A DNA stretch of 876 bases from sequence record AB841353.1; one strand, 5' to 3'. Below the pieces are notes generated by a model. It was not told where the DNA came from. It saw only the letters and a list, made by a program, of their open reading frames with translations, and made no database searches. The DNA is from a phage. Position 1 is the stretch's first letter. Each line of letters opens with the position of its first letter. Shown piece after piece: positions 1 through 876 of the stretch. Position numbers and translations under genes: made by a program.

Positions 1-6
1 AATTCC
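1..6. other. EcoRI half-site at read start (probable cloning junction of an EcoRI fragment)
   Basis: Seen in sequence: the window begins aattcc, i.e. GAATTC lacking its 5' G, as expected where vector sequence has been trimmed at an EcoRI cloning site. Taken with the rise in N density toward the 3' end, this indicates a single Sanger-type read rather than finished sequence. Confidence 0.4.
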
Positions 7-289
7 NTGGCGGCCTCTTGCTTTTTTTATGACAGGGAAAATCTGGTTTTNCCCAAATAATAAATTTTCTCNCCTGTCTCCCGATCTGCGCTCGCTTCAN
101 TNATCAACACGCCCGCACCGATNTCCCGTCATTCCTCTTGCCAACCCAGAACGGATAGCGNAGGCTGAAAACCATGTTTTCCAATAATATCCTCTACGGT
201 TTTACCGCCCACACATGGAGGATTCTCGGACGACTCTGTTCCGATGCCATAAATTGAATCCTTACCTTACACTTTATAAATGACTGACA

Positions 290-544
290 TTATTTCTGTA
301 GGGGTTGCCTGCTCTGGGTTACCAATATCATATCTTGTGTTAACATTTCCATCTGATGTATGGATTGAACGTTTTCCTGCATATCTAACAAACCATCTGT
401 TTGATGGGCCNNAATGGCTTTAACATTNTCATCAACATGANCTGATTTATTAGCATCTGTAAACCACCAGTCTGTTTTTTCNNNGAAACGTATTCGTACT
501 CTTAACCCANTTATTTTACTTAAACTTCTCNTATTAGTCTGCAC
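290..544 (-). CDS. Hypothetical small protein, 84 aa, no family recognised
   Basis: Six-frame track ORF, minus strand. Start is GTG at 544..542 (an in-window ATG at 546..544 is in another frame and gives only about 8 codons). Stop is TAA, complement of 290-292. AGGAG sits 8 nt upstream of the GTG. All three plus-strand frames across 290-560 contain multiple stops, so the minus frame is the only open one. The region is AT-rich (about 38% G+C), where random stops are frequent, so 84+ open codons is non-trivial. Five codons contain N. No long hydrophobic stretch, so probably soluble. The frame stays open upstream of 544 through ambiguous codons (nga at 566-568 and 602-604 could each be TGA), so the true start could lie further upstream. 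Confidence 0.45.
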   Translation of the reverse strand: MQTNXRSLSKIXGLRVRIRFXEKTDWWFTDANKSXHVDXNVKAIXAHQTDGLLDMQENVQSIHQMEMLTQDMILVTQSRQPLQK

Positions 545-552
545 ATTAGAAA

Positions 553-557
553 CTCCT
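553..557 (-). promoter_or_regulatory. Shine-Dalgarno-like ribosome binding site (AGGAG) for the 84-aa ORF
   Basis: Plus-strand ctcct at 553-557 is AGGAG on the minus strand. The spacer to the GTG at 544 is 8 nt (tttctaat), or 6 nt to the out-of-frame ATG at 546. This spacing is within the usual bacterial range. Confidence 0.4.
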
Positions 558-605
558 GACCTTAGTCNTGCCTCTACANTTTTACNAANNGAANATAATA
601 ATCNN

Positions 606-876
606 TCATTTCCTNTNTGTGATACNANTCCNGANTCNNGTCCNGACTGCTCNNNNNGANATTNCTGGNCTANAAATGCNTCTGAAAGNNTNANATACNN
701 NNNNTCNGGAANTATGTCNNCNTCNNGTATANNTGNNTGNATCTCGACCCCAGTCANATCCNTTGNATTCNNAGCNCCCNANAATTCTAANCACTGANGA
801 ANTCNCTGATGCNTATGGTAATGAGCNNGTTGATTGCCCGNAANGCTATCANACNNGCTCCATAACCGACANCATT
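606..876 (-). CDS. Probable 3' portion of an upstream gene, fragmented by base-call errors (partial, 5' end outside window), product unknown
   Basis: The minus-strand frame entering at 876 (N-V-G-Y-G-A..I-A.R-A-I-N.L-I-T-I...) is open to about 790. A second minus frame (track ORF 606-794) runs to a TGA at 608..606. The two differ by a single frame shift in a region where roughly a quarter to a third of bases are N. This is consistent with one gene ending at 606 about 61 nt upstream of the small ORF, but it cannot be proven from this read, and the translation is too ambiguous to assign a family. Confidence 0.22.

Noticed and set aside
168-180. Short hairpin aaaac-cat-gtttt
   Set aside because: The stem is 5 bp and entirely AT-rich with a 3-nt loop. 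It is thermodynamically weak and expected by chance.
29-193. Plus-strand ATG-initiated frame of about 54 codons (MTGKIWF.PNNKFS...)
   Set aside because: It contains an ambiguous tna codon that may be a stop, has no convincing RBS and shows no recognisable protein features. It is below the ORF-track threshold and most likely a chance frame.
27-206. Minus-strand open frame of about 59 codons in the C-rich (minus-strand G-rich) flank
   Set aside because: There is no start codon near its 5' end (first ATG leaves about 34 codons), no RBS, and several ambiguous codons. It may be a decayed gene remnant but is not supportable as a CDS.
228-248. Possible stem-loop (tcgga...tccga) that could terminate the minus-strand small ORF
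   Set aside because: The stem is only 5 bp with a 9-nt loop and no U-tract follows it on the minus strand, so it is not a credible intrinsic terminator.
596-601. TATTAT hexamer (minus strand) as a -10 promoter element for the small ORF
   Set aside because: No clear -35 partner can be read because of Ns, and AT-rich sequence yields -10-like hexamers frequently. It is kept only as a remark within a finding.
1-876. CRISPR repeats, tRNA or rRNA genes, IS or transposon terminal inverted repeats
   Set aside because: No regularly spaced direct repeats, no cloverleaf-compatible sequence, no rRNA-like conserved stretches and no terminal inverted repeats were recognised on reading both strands.

Overview
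This 876-nt window reads like a single-pass, low-quality sequencing read. It begins with an EcoRI half-site (aattc), has about 15 ambiguous bases in positions 1-540, and becomes very N-dense from about 560 to the end, so frames beyond 560 cannot be trusted. The only coding signal is on the minus strand. A clean 84-codon ORF (544->290, GTG start, TAA stop) is preceded 8 nt upstream by an AGGAG Shine-Dalgarno, which points to a bacterial or phage-like origin. Upstream of it (606-876, minus strand) are fragmented open frames that probably represent the 3' end of a second gene broken by base-call errors. The coding part is AT-rich (about 38% G+C by hand count for 291-400), while the ORF-free flank at 91-250 is about 50% G+C and C-rich on the plus strand. 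A GC-rich segment followed by T7 at 9-28 may be the tail of a terminator for a plus-strand gene lying left of the window. I recognise no rRNA, tRNA, CRISPR array, IS end or known protein family. The sequence gives no real support for a specific new biological system; the most that can be said is that a small AT-rich gene follows a larger one in a compositionally atypical patch, which is worth a database search once the read is re-sequenced.
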